From NCBI GenBank assembly GCA_001662655.1, contig KV460281.1: a DNA stretch of 61,702 bases; one strand, given 5' to 3'. The position numbers were made by a program, and so were the translations under genes. Below, one piece after another: positions 1 to 13,313 of the stretch. The stretch is from Pseudogymnoascus verrucosus (lineage: Eukaryota). Below the pieces are notes generated by a model that made no database searches, was not told the DNA's origin, and saw nothing but the letters and a program-made list of their open reading frames with translations. The stretch's first letter is position 1; each line of letters starts with the position of its first letter.

Positions 1-2768
1 AAAAAATCCCCTTTCGAACGTTAGAATTATTTTGCAAGAAGGATTTGTGAAATTAATATAACCGTCACGTGGTGTAAGAGTCATGAAATTAACATATCTG
101 TCACGTGGTGTAAGACGGGCTTGGCCGTTGCAAAACTTCAGGGTTCATGATTTTCCCCCAGATTTTGAGAAATTTTGGGGAGCGCGCGCTCGGCACCGTG
201 CGTTGCGTGGACTGCTTGGCCCCGTGCGCTTTTTAAGGGTTTCTGGGGGGATGCCGAGGCATGGCATGGGGAAATGAGGGGCCGTTCCGGGCGATGCGGC
301 TGAGGGAGCGAAATGAGATTAGCGATCTGGGAGGGAGCGAGAATCCGGGGAAAGGGATGGAGCGAGCAGGCAGGTGACTGTGTGTGACTCAGGTGACTGA
401 CTTGATTGCGGAAATTTGGTTTTGGATTTAGCTTTTTGTTGAGTTCTAAGTTTGGTGAGGCTTTAACACGAGTACGGGGTATGGACCACAAACCCAAAAA
501 GTACCAAGGGGCCACGATGCTTCTTTTGCGCCGAGGTTTGGTGTAAAGTCCAACAAAGAAGGTACACGCGGAGTAGTGTGCTCCCTTTGATGGACACGTT
601 TTAAGGCCCTGTTTAGAAAAACAGCCGAGACGAGAAAAGCCACACCATGGGGATCTCCCGAAGATCCCAACAGGTCACAGGCTGGAAAATGAAGCTCACG
701 ATGGGTCGGTGCACCGATGCGCTGGTGCACAAACTGAGTCATCACCTGATTTACCGCCACCGCCTCTTGGACCGCGGAATGCTGAAAAGGGGGAAGGCGT
801 TAACGCTGCCAAGGGCGTCCAGATCGCGTCTTTACTTTACGATGCAGCTGTAGAGGAGCAAGGAAGCAAGACCAAGCACGACCAAGACTAAGACCAGGAG
901 TAAAACAAGTAGCAAAGTAAAGTAACCTTGTAGTATACTTCGTACCTCTCCAATCCAACGTCTTTGTCGTAGTGCGTGTGAGCGTTTGGAAAGTAGAGTA
1001 GAGCCCAGGCCCAGACTCAACCGCCCGCTTACCCACGGGACCACCAGCGCTCCCCCTCCGCACTCCCAGTAAATGCCTCTCATGCCTCTCATCCCCCCAG
1101 AAACCCAGCATCCAAGCGGTCCGCCCTATTTTTAGTCACACTGCGTCTCCCAAGTCCCCTCGTACTCTGCGCACCCAAGCAGAGAAAACAGAGAACAGCT
1201 CATAAAAACTCAACTCACCGGGCCCGCACTAGTCCCACAACGGCACTAGCGTAAGAATATTCCAAGACCTTCCAAGACTCCCAAGCACCCGCTGACCTCG
1301 CTAATTACCCCCATTTTACCTAATAGTGACCAGGATGGCAACGACGAGGGGGCTGGATGCGCGACAGTGAGGGCAGGAGAGGCGGTTGTGAGGGCGCATG
1401 GCGAAATCTCTGCGGGCGTGGTGATGGGGAGTGGATGGCGTGTGGGTCTTGGCGGCAGTCACGGGGAGGGAGGAGGGGGGGGCGATGGAGGGATGACGGG
1501 AGGGGGAGGTGAGGGATGAGTGAGGAATGAGGCGATGAGACGATGAGAGACGGCGTTCAGGGGGTTGATGGTGAAGTTGCAGTGCAGGTACGGCGCGTGG
1601 TTTGTAACTGCACGATTTGCACGCTATTTGGGGCGGTGGAGAGAGGTAAGTTTGTAAAGTGTCTAGAGCGTGCGCAAGTGTATGCGGTGGATTGGAAGCT
1701 ATGAGGGTTTGAGGGTTTTTTGGAGTGGTTTGGTGATCATGAGCACCGTCGGCATAGGAACGTGAGGGCGTTGATGGGCTGGCGACGATGGAGAGGGGTC
1801 AGGGGCAGAATAGCGGTGGGTGGGTGTACAGTACGGTGTGTGTTAGTGTGTATTTGTGAGTGTATTTTGTGTGTTACTACGTGTATTTGGCTATTCTCGG
1901 TGTACTGACTGTACTGAACTGTACTGACTGTGCTGAGTGAGAGTAAATGAGAGTAAAGTAAATAAAATACACTCTACGGAGTACTGTACTGTGCTCTCTT
2001 AACCTCAATGTACCTTTTCTTGCCTTTCTCCGTTCCACCGCTTGTACACCTTCATGTACCTTCTACTAGGCTCACGTACCTTCTCAAACTTTCTACTACA
2101 TTTTACTACATTTTTCACTCTAGTCATCGCCACCACACCCCATACTAATATCATACTATACCATACTATACCACACTATTACTCTACTCCACGCTCAGTC
2201 ATCCAAGCAAAGCCTTGACAAACCTCACACACTCCTCAACCCATACGCCAATGATCGCCAAGTCAAAAATACATCATCGGTACTTGCCCCCCTCCAGTAC
2301 CCTCTCGTACCAGACAACGTTTTCCTCGGCGTGCTGCCCCAGGCGACGTGACTGGATTTGAGTTTTGCGTCATGGCCACAGCACCGAGAGACTTGTCTCT
2401 CTCGCTCTTGGTATATAGTCTCACTAGCCCCCTCAACTCTTTCGTGCCTGGATCATTATATTCTCTCTGCCATTATAAACAGACGACCTTCTTCAGTCAT
2501 CGTATTGTTGATCGCCAATTCGCTTCAACTATCATCTTCATCCTCACGCCGGCTCTCTCATACGCACCGGTTCTAAGACACGCAGCTTACCCCTGCCCAT
2601 CAACGATCGACTCGACCCATTTGCCACTTCAAAATCACGTGGAAGCCCCCAAGGTTACTCATCGACTCACCTCACGTGAAGACTCAAACACGAAGCTTTC
2701 ATATCACGTGGAGACCATCACGTGATACTCCTTCTCACATTACAACAACAACCCACACAACCGCCATC

Positions 2769-3908
2769 ATGGCGTCGACATCAACAGCGAGCACCTCCAC
2801 CCCTCCCCTCGCCGAAACCCTCCTCGCCCTCCCCATCAACACCCAGCGCCAATCACCCCTCTACGCGCTCCCCCAAGAGATCCGCGACCAAATCTTCGCC
2901 TACGCACTCACACCCTACACCCCCAAGGCACCTCCCCCACCCCCAAAGCCATCGGCGCTCTACCCTTCAACCAGCGCACCGCGCCCGCGCAAGCCGAACC
3001 CATGGAACCCTATCCGCGCACCCTACGACATCAACACCCCCTACTCACGCCCCGGCCAGCGCGCAAAGGTCCACCACCCCACGGCCCTGCTGCTGGTCAG
3101 CCGCCTCACACACCTCGAGACAGCGCATATGCCTGTCCCCTTAGCGACACATACTTTCTACGCCCCCCCTTCGAGCGGTCCACCAGATCTGTTGGCGTCA
3201 CCGGAGTACTTCGCTCGCATGAGCCCGGCGCAACAAGATACCGTTCGCCGTGTTCGTGTGTTTGCTGATGTGGCGTGGTTGCTTAAGGGGGAGTTGAAGG
3301 ACATGTGCGCGCATCCTGCTATGCGTGGTGTCACCGACTTCTCCCTCGTGGTTCGCTGGTGCGATTGGCGCGGTTGGGCATCGAATGAGGCGCTTAGCCT
3401 TGCTAGTCGTCCTCTGCCCTTGGTGCAGGTTGAGGAGGAGGAGGAGCGTTTACAAGACCCGGCCGAGCAGGAGATGGAGTTCTCTGCGCCACCAACACCA
3501 ATGGCCGGTGTCGAGATGGCTGATCCCATGGGGGCACTTGCCCAGGAGGGATGCGCCGATGCCCAGGAGGCGCTCGAGGCCGCGATGGCACAACTCCCGA
3601 ACTTGAAGTCTGTGTCCCTCTCCCTTGAGGCACCATACGTCAAGTCCGATGAGCTCGAGGCGCAACTCTCAGCTGCGCGCGAGTGGACCTTCCACCTCGG
3701 CGGCAAGGCTGCGAGGGAGGAGGAGAAGACCGTCAAAGGCGTTGTCTCTAGCGAGGCGGAGTGGGAGGCGCCCATGTGCGCATGGAGCGATTTCTGCGCT
3801 CACTGCGGCGGTGGAATCGGAGATGATAAGGCTTGCGAGGAGCGCAAGAGGCGCAGGTGCCGTGGTCTCGGACCGAGAGTCCTTGGTGGTGTTGTGAGGT
3901 GGTGCTGA
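2769..3908 (+). CDS. Hypothetical protein with N-terminal F-box-like motif (intronless)
   Basis: Long ORF; ATG at 2769 in good context (CATCATGGC); QSPLYALPQEIRDQIFAYAL F-box-like motif; GC-rich third positions; Cys-rich C-terminus. Confidence 0.75.
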   Translation: MASTSTASTSTPPLAETLLALPINTQRQSPLYALPQEIRDQIFAYALTPYTPKAPPPPPKPSALYPSTSAPRPRKPNPWNPIRAPYDINTPYSRPGQRAKVHHPTALLLVSRLTHLETAHMPVPLATHTFYAPPSSGPPDLLASPEYFARMSPAQQDTVRRVRVFADVAWLLKGELKDMCAHPAMRGVTDFSLVVRWCDWRGWASNEALSLASRPLPLVQVEEEEERLQDPAEQEMEFSAPPTPMAGVEMADPMGALAQEGCADAQEALEAAMAQLPNLKSVSLSLEAPYVKSDELEAQLSAAREWTFHLGGKAAREEEKTVKGVVSSEAEWEAPMCAWSDFCAHCGGGIGDDKACEERKRRRCRGLGPRVLGGVVRWC

Positions 3909-5593
3909 TCGGATCAGACCATCTGTTTTCCTGTTGGCTTCGGCCGTTTCTACTGCGGATTTTGCGAGGTGCTTGTTTCTGGAAGCGACAAAAAAAATTA
4001 TGGGCTTGTCTAATTGGGGGACGAACGGGATTTGGGATTTGTTTTTATTTTAATTCAGCGAACGGGATAAGGGAAAGGGAACAAACAAACAAAAAGTGCA
4101 GCGAATTAGGAAGGGGGGGTGATCATAGTGCATGAGGCCCCTGGCGACCCTGGGAGAGAATTAGTTAATACACACATCACACATACTTTGCATAGCGCCC
4201 AGGGATGGGAATGGGAAGGAATGGGGATATAGCATAGCTTAGCATAGCACCCAACTTCGGATGGAAGCGTCTGAGGACGGATAATAAGATACCATAATTT
4301 TTTTACCACACTATCATCTCTCAGCATACTTTGTGATTTATCGTGCAGCATACCATACTACATAGCTATAGTAACCAGTAGCTGTCATTCGTCATACGCC
4401 TGTCAGAGTAGAACAGCACTAACAGCACTTCCGCAATCCTACAGGGTAAGACTTACATCCACGTGAACGCACCCCCTACACCCTTCTAGCATTCCTTCTA
4501 TGCAAGTAGCCGCCTCCTTCGCGCCCCTCTATCCCGACCCCGAGAGCTGTACCCCGGATTTCTCGTACCCTGGACCCCACCTCAGCTCCCTTCTCCATGT
4601 TTTCATTTGGGCCATGGGGTAGGGGATTTCGGGGAAAGGATTTGGGTAGTGCGGGGAATTAAATGCAGCGAATGCGGTGATATTGGAGATATGATAGATG
4701 TGATCGATGTGATCGATGTGATAGACACCTTGCTTGGTGAAGTCATGATGGTATGTGTACTTGGCGAATATGAGTACCGCAGCGTTAATCTAAAGTGCCG
4801 GAATTCGCAGGCATCCCGCGCGCGCCCGTGCATATTGCTTAATCCCCCACGTTTATTAGCCTCTTCGCACTCTTCACTTCACAAATCATCAGTAAGTAAA
4901 ACACGCATTTAAATACCGTAAATAGCGACAGCGTACAACATAAAATACCATCAAAATAACTCCCAGTACACCACAGCCCAGCAATGAGGCTGTAATCGTA
5001 TCTCACCACCAACACGTGCGCACCCTCCACGTCCCCTCGGTCCTCATCCGGCTTAAATCCCCACCAACGACCTTAGCGCACCCGGGGCCACATTTCTCAG
5101 ATCGTCGATCTATTACCCGATCTAGCATTCCTCCCCACATTCGTCGCGAATAAGGACCCGTGAGTTATGACCGCATTAGGATGAGAGTGATAACTGGTTA
5201 GGAATGGACGTCAACGTTACACTTGGTGCGTAGGATGTTGCGAGCTGGAAGTGGTGGGAAGGTGTCGGGGGTCGGGGGGATGGGGACCGAGTGCGGTTGG
5301 GGGGAGGTGGAATTACTTATTGGGAGGGATGGGATGGTTGTTTTGTTGTTTTTGCATCTTCAATTGATGTTGAGATTGTGACTACGAATATATTGAAGGA
5401 AAGGAATGTAAAGAGAGAATTGGCGCTGGAATTGATAAATCAACGTCATTATATTGACGGTTTGCTCTGCCGCGTTTTTGGTTGATGTGAGAGCTGAGCT
5501 GAGCTGTTACACACGCCTTCGTTGTCAACTGTCGGCGTTGAAACACCTACGACACACCATAATTCACACACGCAAGAGGACCAAACCACCACG

Positions 5594-7292
5594 ATGGGTA
5601 CAAAACAGAGACTCAAGGGCGTCTTCAGTCGCAAAATCGCCGTCGAAGACAACACCATAACCTCCGCCGCGAACCTCACCCTCCGCCAATCCATCATCCC
5701 CAATCTCCTCGGTACGCCTATCTTACCACTCCCCCCCGCCCCCCCCCCTCTCCCCGTCCCTCCCAACTAACACCCCCCAAGTAACAATCCTCTTCTTCCT
5801 CTGGGGCTTCGCCTACGGCCTCCTCGACGTCCTCAACAGCCACTTCCAGCAACAACTCCACATCACGGCTTCCAAAGCCTCCGGCCTCGCCGCCGCCTAC
5901 TTCGGCGCCTACTTCCTCTGCCCCCTCACCATCTCGGGCTGGATCCTGCGCCGCTACGGTTTCCGCGTCACTTTCATGTCCGGGCTCTCCGTGCTGGCGA
6001 TCGGATGTCTACTCTTCTGGCCATCCGGGGTAAAACGCTCATTCGGCGGATTCTGCGGGAGTATGTTTGTCGTCGGCGCCGGTCTATCCACGCTGGAGAC
6101 TGCGGCGGATCCGTTCCTGGCGATTTGCGGACCGCCGAGGTATTCTGAGATTAGGTTGAATCTAGCGCAGGCGGTGCAGGGGGTGGGGAGTTTCGTGGCG
6201 CCGTTGTTGGCGGCGAGGGTATTTTTTCGGAATGCGGAGTCGGAGGCGGGATTGAAGAATGTGCAGTGGACTTATTTGGCTGTGGCGTGTTTTGTGGCTT
6301 TGTTGATTATTTTGTTTGCGGTGGTGCCGATGCCGGAGATTACGGATGCTGAGTGAGTTCCCCGATATCTTTGAGAGGAAGGGGAGCGGTCAGTGCTAAT
6401 GGAGTGGTAGTATGGCGGAGCAGGAGACGGAGATTGTGGGGGAAGATGTTGGGCCACTGAGGAAACAGTATAATCTCTTCCTCGGTGTGTGGAGCCAGTT
6501 CTGGTATGTTGGCGCGCAAGTCGCCATTGCCGGTTATTTCATCAACTACTGCAAGGAGGCTGGCAAGACCTCTGCACAGGGATGTAAGTCTCCAAACCCC
6601 TGAACTCCCATCCCGTTCGCCCAAACCCAACTAACACCACCCAGCCGACCTCCTCGCCGTCGCCCAAGGCCTCTACGCCGCAAACCGCTTCATCGCCGCG
6701 GGGCTCATGACTATCTCTTTCTTCAGGCCGCGCTTCATGTTAGCGGCCTACCTAGGTATGTGCGCAGTCTTCTCCATCGCTGCTATGAACACCCACGGCG
6801 ATGCGGGGATCGCGCTTTTCATCATGATCTTCGTGTTCGAGTCGTGCTGCTTCGCTACCATCTTTACGCTGGCACTTAGAGGGATCGGGAGGCATACGAA
6901 GAGGGGAGGGAGTTTCTTGGTTTCGGCGATTTCGGGGGGTGGTGAGTTTTGTACTCCTATTCTTGACTTATCTCACCACGTCCCATTCATGCGCTCCCCC
7001 CCAAAAAAAGGCAAAGCTAATTCAACCCCCAGCCGTCGTACCCCCAATGATGGGCGCGGTAGTAACAGCCCACAATGCTCACTTCGCCATGATCATCCCC
7101 TTCATGGGTTATGTTCTTGCCTACGCCTTTCCAATATATGTTAATTTCTTCAATAAGGACGCCATGGACAGCCATCGCGAGACGGACCTGAATGTTGTCC
7201 CCCGTGAGGATGCGGGTGGTGAGAAGGAGGCGGGGGTTTCGGAGGAGAGGGAGAATAATGCTGTGCCTCCGGCTTATGCGGGTAAGGAATAA
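5594..7292 (+). CDS. MFS sugar transporter, FHS / L-fucose permease (glucose/galactose transporter) family
   Basis: Five exons (5594-5711, 5782-6352, 6411-6583, 6645-6941, 7033-7292) splice in frame; motifs VTILFFLWGFAYGLLDVLN, LETAADPF, RLNLAQAVQGVG, FWYVGAQV, FESCCFATIF. Confidence 0.9.
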
Positions 7293-7673
7293 TGTATATT
7301 TGTGAGATGGATGGAGCTGGGGAAGTGGGGAGTGGGTCATAGTAACTGTTAGCTATCGAATGAAGGAGAGTTATATTATCCTCCACATGCCTTTGCTTAT
7401 TATTAGTCTGCCCCATATTGCATTGCCACGGTTTCTGAAGTAGTAACTTGATTTGACAGCGCGCCCCATTTTCTATTTTACAAGTGAGAGACGGACGTAC
7501 CATGCCGAGAAATGAGTCTATCACATAGCGCTGCCCATTTACGCTTATTGATCGTGCTGATCGAATAATCCAAGATACTAGTATAAACTATGATAGTTAA
7601 AATTTAGAAGGTGCAGCTAGAAGTGAGACTATGTGGTATCATCAGACGGAAGTACCTCTGAAGTATGCAGATA

Positions 7674-7759
7674 TGTTCCGGCACAACCGTGAGTTGTGCC
7701 CGGTCATGAGCTGACCGGCCAGCTCATGAGGGAGAATAACTCACGGTTGTGCCAGAACA
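7674..7759. repeat. Small foldback / MITE-like element
   Basis: 22-bp inverted arms, 21/22 identical (7674-7695 and 7738-7759), with internal palindromes (ggcacaac..gttgtgcc; ccggtca..tgaccgg). Confidence 0.55.
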
Positions 7760-8128
7760 AATATATGGACGCCCATGTTTCGGTGCAGAGCCTACCCCTG
7801 GAAAATAATTATTATATCCCAAACTCATTATTATGGATTTACTATGCCAGCGGATATTTGGCATGGTTAAATTAGTCAATGAGGATTCCGGAGGACTTCC
7901 AATCTTGTAGCTCATATTTAAATAAATGAAGTGACAGTATGTATCCTATTTCCGAAGGACTCAAATATATCGACAAATAGGTAGTTGAAATAGAATTGAA
8001 GATCCACGACGCTACATCACTTATATCCATATGCAACCATCTGGTTTAAGTGAGGCACATCTCGCACCGTTCCCTCTTTACCCAACCAACCAATCTGATG
8101 ATTAACCGGTCGTGGGCTGATCGCCACA

Positions 8129-11100
8129 CTATTTTTCGTCGGCGATTGTTTTAAAACCATGAGCGTTTTTTTCGTATGGCCACGAGTGACCATTCACCTT
8201 GTAAGTGGAACAAGATTCACGCAGGACGTAACTTAGGCAATCTAGGTACAGAGTCTTGTCGCCTCTATTCCCACCAATCCACTGGTATACGAAGCAAACA
8301 TCATTGCTCCATTTAAGATCAAGATCATTAAGATCGCAGACCGGAATGTTAACAAATAGCGGATATGATGACAGAGACTCCACATCTGGGCTGTTGGCTA
8401 TTTTTAGAAACATATCACTCATGACGCTGCTTTTGCGCGGTATGAATTCTTTCGCGGCCTCCTGAACCCGAACTGCGGAGATCACCATTTCGCTCTTGTC
8501 GATGCCGACTTGTGAGATTGTATCTTGGGCGGTGCCATAATCGTTAAACATATACTCGCGGTCGAGGTCCCAAGAAAGCTGCCACGGGTGTATGTTAGTC
8601 TAGAACAAAGCCATGGAAGAAGATTCGAGCTCACCAGTAAATAGTTGTTTTCGCCCATTCCTCCCTCGCCATGTGGACAGTAGTACTTCCCATTGAATGT
8701 CTCGTCATAGCTCACCGTACCATAGCAAGGGTCGAATTTGAAATTCCTGTGACTAATTGCTCCCTCTCATGTGTAATCTAACAATCCCTGTCTGAATTTA
8801 ACAATGAACATCCTTTGACTATTCCAAATTTCGCTGATGATTGGTGCTTTGATCATTTTGCGCATCAATTTGCGGTCAAACTCGACATATCCGGGCGTTG
8901 GATCCCTAATGCCTGTATCTGTATCTAGCATCCCGATATATTGGTTCGAAAATACGCCAGATTTTAGGATGTTAGAAAGTTGGGTACCTTGCTCAATATT
9001 TCCCGTGGCAGGATGAGCAAAGAACATTTTTTGGAAATAAATGTCAACCGTGTCCACAACCAGATCTTGCATGTCGCCAAACGTCGTGGACAAGTTAGCA
9101 AAACTAGTGAACCCCGGATCGTGGATCTGAGCAGCGCCATCAGCAAATGCACTGGCCATGCCGAAGATACCGGATGCTGCAGCACCAGCCATGCCACCGA
9201 ATCCAGGCATAAATGCTGTTATTGCAGTAACAGCGCCACCCGCCATGGTGAGCCATGCTCCATCACTTATGGCGAGGCCTTTGTTTTGTTCGGCAATCAA
9301 GATTTTCGCCATTGTAGGAAGATCGTAGGCGGTATTCCCTGCCTCAGATTTATATACCTTAACAAATCTCTGTATAAATCTAGCAAAATTGGCCATTGCG
9401 AATAGAGAGTAAGCTCGTTCCCAGTCGGTCTCACAGTTTTCTTTAAGATGGACGGCAAGAATGATGCATGTTTCTAGGATACTAAATAATGAATGTAGTT
9501 AGTAATGCCCATGTAACAATGCCGACATAGGATAGGCCGCTACTAGAACTCACCTTAGACAAGATGGAAGCCAGTTGAAAAACTCGTCCTCAGTAAGGAG
9601 TCTAAAATTTGAAATGACTCGAGGTACTCCAGCATCCCAAGAGTTGGTTTTTGGTCTAGGCCACCCTTCGGGTCTCCCGCTATACCATCGAGTTCTGCAG
9701 AATTAGATATGCTGAATGAAAATACAATGGAGATGCTAAACAGAATCTTACCTCTGGTCTAACCACGTCCCAACTTGTAGTTCGTTCCAAAGCTCCGGAG
9801 ACCAGCTTCCTTCATTCTTAGAGCAAAACTTATTGGCATTTACTTTGTCATCTGGGTCGGTTGGATCTATCGGACCACTTGGATTGTATGCGGGTAACAT
9901 AGGATCCGGGACTGGACCCTCGCCGTCGTCACCTCCCCCAGGGCAGCTATTGAACCATATAAATCCCTAACACGTCTTAATTAATGATATCATTGAAGGA
10001 GGCAAATTCAACGATAGATGTAAGGGTTCTTGCTTACTTTAGCTGTAGTTGGATTAACATCCACTATATCAGCTCGACCTACCCCCCCTATGTTTGGGAA
10101 GTGCATGTTAGATCCACGAGAGGATCCTTTATATACTGTCCCCTTAAGGCTCCAACGAAACGAGCTGCCTCCAACACGTTCGCCGTTGGGCAGCTCGCCA
10201 AGATTTTCCCAGACCTTTGTGTCGCCGTTGAACTTGTCTACCCAGAGAAAATCTGCCCTCCCGTCCCCTAAGCAGAAACTATAAGTACTCTTGCAATATC
10301 AAGTAGAATGAGACAGGCATACCGTTAACATCAGCAAAACGATGGTTTGCTCGGTCAAATTTTTCACTAAATTTAATCTGGCCGACAGAGCGGAGGTCTG
10401 ACCCATCATCGTTCAACCAAGCCTCCGTAGTCCCGTCAGGTTTCATACAAAGATAGTCAACCCGACCATTTCCACTATGTTAGACACAATTTGTTAGTAT
10501 CTGCAACTACATATGTCGTGACTGAGCGACTCACGTTAGGTCGGCAAAGATCACCCCAATGTCAAACAAGCCAACACCCCACCCCTGATTACACTTGCCG
10601 CTGTTGGGGATAACCTGTTTAGCGAATGAAAATTTATTCCCAGCATAGCTGGTCTTCCAAACTGTGACTGCACCACTCCCTTTTTCAACGGCAATGATGT
10701 CGGCCTTTCCGTCGCCGTCCCAGTCTCCAATATGCAAAGCTCGACGGTCATATCCGGTTTCAAGATTGACGTGTGCTGCGTCCCAGCCACCGCCTGTTTT
10801 GAATTTGGATGTGTCAGGAGGCTGATGAAGATTCCTAAAGATGGCAACTTTGCCATCGGGCGAGATCCAGACATAATCATCGTTTCCATTACCATCCATG
10901 TCGCCCCAGTGCGCGCCATCGCCTAGAATAATCAGCCTCTACTTCTTTAAGCATAACGTAAATCAACAGCCAAAAAAGGGGTAAAGGGCGTAATTGTTGC
11001 CTTGTTATAATTTACCTTTCTGGTGCTTGCCTCCACCACCATCGTTTTTCCAACACTTGAGGTCTTTGAACATAGTAAAAGGTTCATACGGCTGTTCAAC

Positions 11101-13313
11101 AAATACATACTATGAGAAAGTTAGAATCTTCTAGTGCGTGTTTTTTGTAGATGGCATATTGTACTTACGTCTGCACGCTCCCCATAAACCTGTCCAAAGA
11201 GAATGTTTTCATCCCGCAAAACGCCTTTTCCCATTCCGGCATGGGTCACAACAGCTTCTAACCATTTCGGTACAAGACCATCGCCATCGCCTCTCTGATT
11301 AATGTAGGTGACAACTTGGCCATATTTGTTAACCAACAGCCAGTCAGAACGACCACTATTACCTAGTTAAGACTGTCCATCCAAAGAATTGTTGCAAGAT
11401 AATGAAACTTACTCGCCGTTGATATCCACTATATTAGTTGTTAGCCAAACTTGTGAATAGATCGAACAAACTTTACTCACCAAATCTCCCTTTCTGGCCA
11501 TCCACGTATTTACTACCAGTGAAAACTTTTCCTAGATTTTGCCAGTATTCGGCTTTGTCACTTAGGCCGCCATTTCTCCAACACCAGACGTCATTGCTAT
11601 TGTTAACAACACAATAGTCCAATCTCCCATCGCCATCGATATCTATCAAATGCATTATAATAGTTAGCAGCCTATTTCCTCAGAGGATATAAGGGAGGGT
11701 AGAGTGACATACCACCAAGCCGAACATAATCGCGTGTATATCCTTCGGGGGAACTCTTATACTATATAGCATCTTGTTAATATGAGACACTTTTTTCCGC
11801 TCCAATATATCACTTACAATTCCGCCTAAAGATTTGAATGTGGGTGGGTTACCTCCCTGATTAATTGAAACGTACCTATATAAGAAAGTAAGTATTAATC
11901 ATTTTTAGTTTTGTTAGTAACCTACATATTTCCTGCTTCCCCAATGCAGATGAAATCATCAAGACCATCATTGTTCTATTTCAAATTAATATTTAATGAA
12001 CAACAATTAATAAACAATATACGTACCACATCGCCCCAACGAACCCCTAATAAGCCATTAGCACATGAAATTCTGAAATTTGTAGCAAAGGTAAAAGATA
12101 ATGATAGTTATCCAATGTAAGATGCACTAACCTGCTACCGGGCAGCTGTCATGGACGTCAATCTTCACTTCAGGGCCGAAAGTCCCATCGCCTTGGTTAA
12201 TAAACATCGTAATCTTCAAGGCAGATCCGTCGACATAAACTATATCATCACGTTCGCCGCCACGGCCTACCTTTTGAAGACTTACCAGCTGAGCGAGAAA
12301 AAAATCGGTGTTGCTAATGGCCTCTTTCCCAACGTGGCTGTGGATTACCCCCATTGCTGTAGAGCGATGCACATAGTTCCCATCATTATATATCAACCCT
12401 GAGTTAGCTGTGAGGATCTGCATTCCAGATCGAGGATCCGCAGATCCACTTCCTAAAACCTTCGGGCAGGTTTTTCCATAGGTTCCATCCTGGAAGGTCA
12501 CGTCGCTGCTTGGCTGCACAAGCCAGCCTTTTTTGTCCGCTTGGTTGATCGCATGATGCCAAACAGCCGCCATTTTCTGGTAGCCGCTTGGATTCGGGTG
12601 AGTTTTATCAAAGATCTCGTTTATGGATATGAATCCATCATCCATTTCGGCCAAAATTATGTGAAAGCCGTCGTTTCTAAACTTCGCTGCGATGTTCCGA
12701 TACTGGTCGTTAATTTCTGCCACTTTTCCGGGAGCTATTGAGTTGGGAAGGAGCGTTGATAGAATAACTACAGTGCTAGGAACCTTTATGAAGCAATTCA
12801 TAATCATGTCTTTCATGCGATCGCCGGCTGTGCTAACATCGTGATCTTTCGTTGCATCATTCGTGCCAGCATTAATCAAGACGGCGTTTGGTTTGAAGGT
12901 CGATAGGGCAAATTCTGCGTGTCCCGCAACCTCAGCGATTATCGCACCTGGGTAGCCTTCACTATCCTGTTGTTATTTAGCATCTAAATTTCTATAAGAA
13001 TCCAGAGTATTTATCATACGTTGTCTTGCATAGTCCCACCTGGTTGGCTGCCAACCATGTTTACTTGCCATCCGTCGAAACGAAGTTGGTCCCGTAAGAA
13101 TTTCCTATACCCATTGTTGTCTGCTCCTGGTACTCCTTGGCCCTTTGTTATAGAGGCTCCGAGGGGCATAATACGGAGATAGTAATTCGCAGCGCGGCGA
13201 CTGATGTCCTCAGGGAAACTCGAGTTTCCAGAATAGAACGGAATGGCCACGGTAGAAGCACAAAGAGAAATTAACACGCCGTACTTGGCATACGCAATTT
13301 TGAACGACACCAT
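8129..13313 (-). CDS. Large secreted protein: signal peptide + SGNH/GDSL (CE3-like) esterase + FG-GAP/VCBS-type repeats + uncharacterised C-terminal region; one in-frame TGA at 8767-8769
   Basis: RIMPLGASIT, NAGTND and HPNPSGY SGNH blocks; repeated D-x-D/N-G-D-G-R-x-D motifs; many short GT-AG introns splice in frame through to HGFKTIADEK*. Confidence 0.8.

Noticed and set aside
83..2725. Short ORFs, purine/pyrimidine-skewed tracts and a duplicated GTCACGTGGTGTAAGA (64, 101)
   Set aside because: No recognisable protein motifs; consistent with promoter/UTR sequence.
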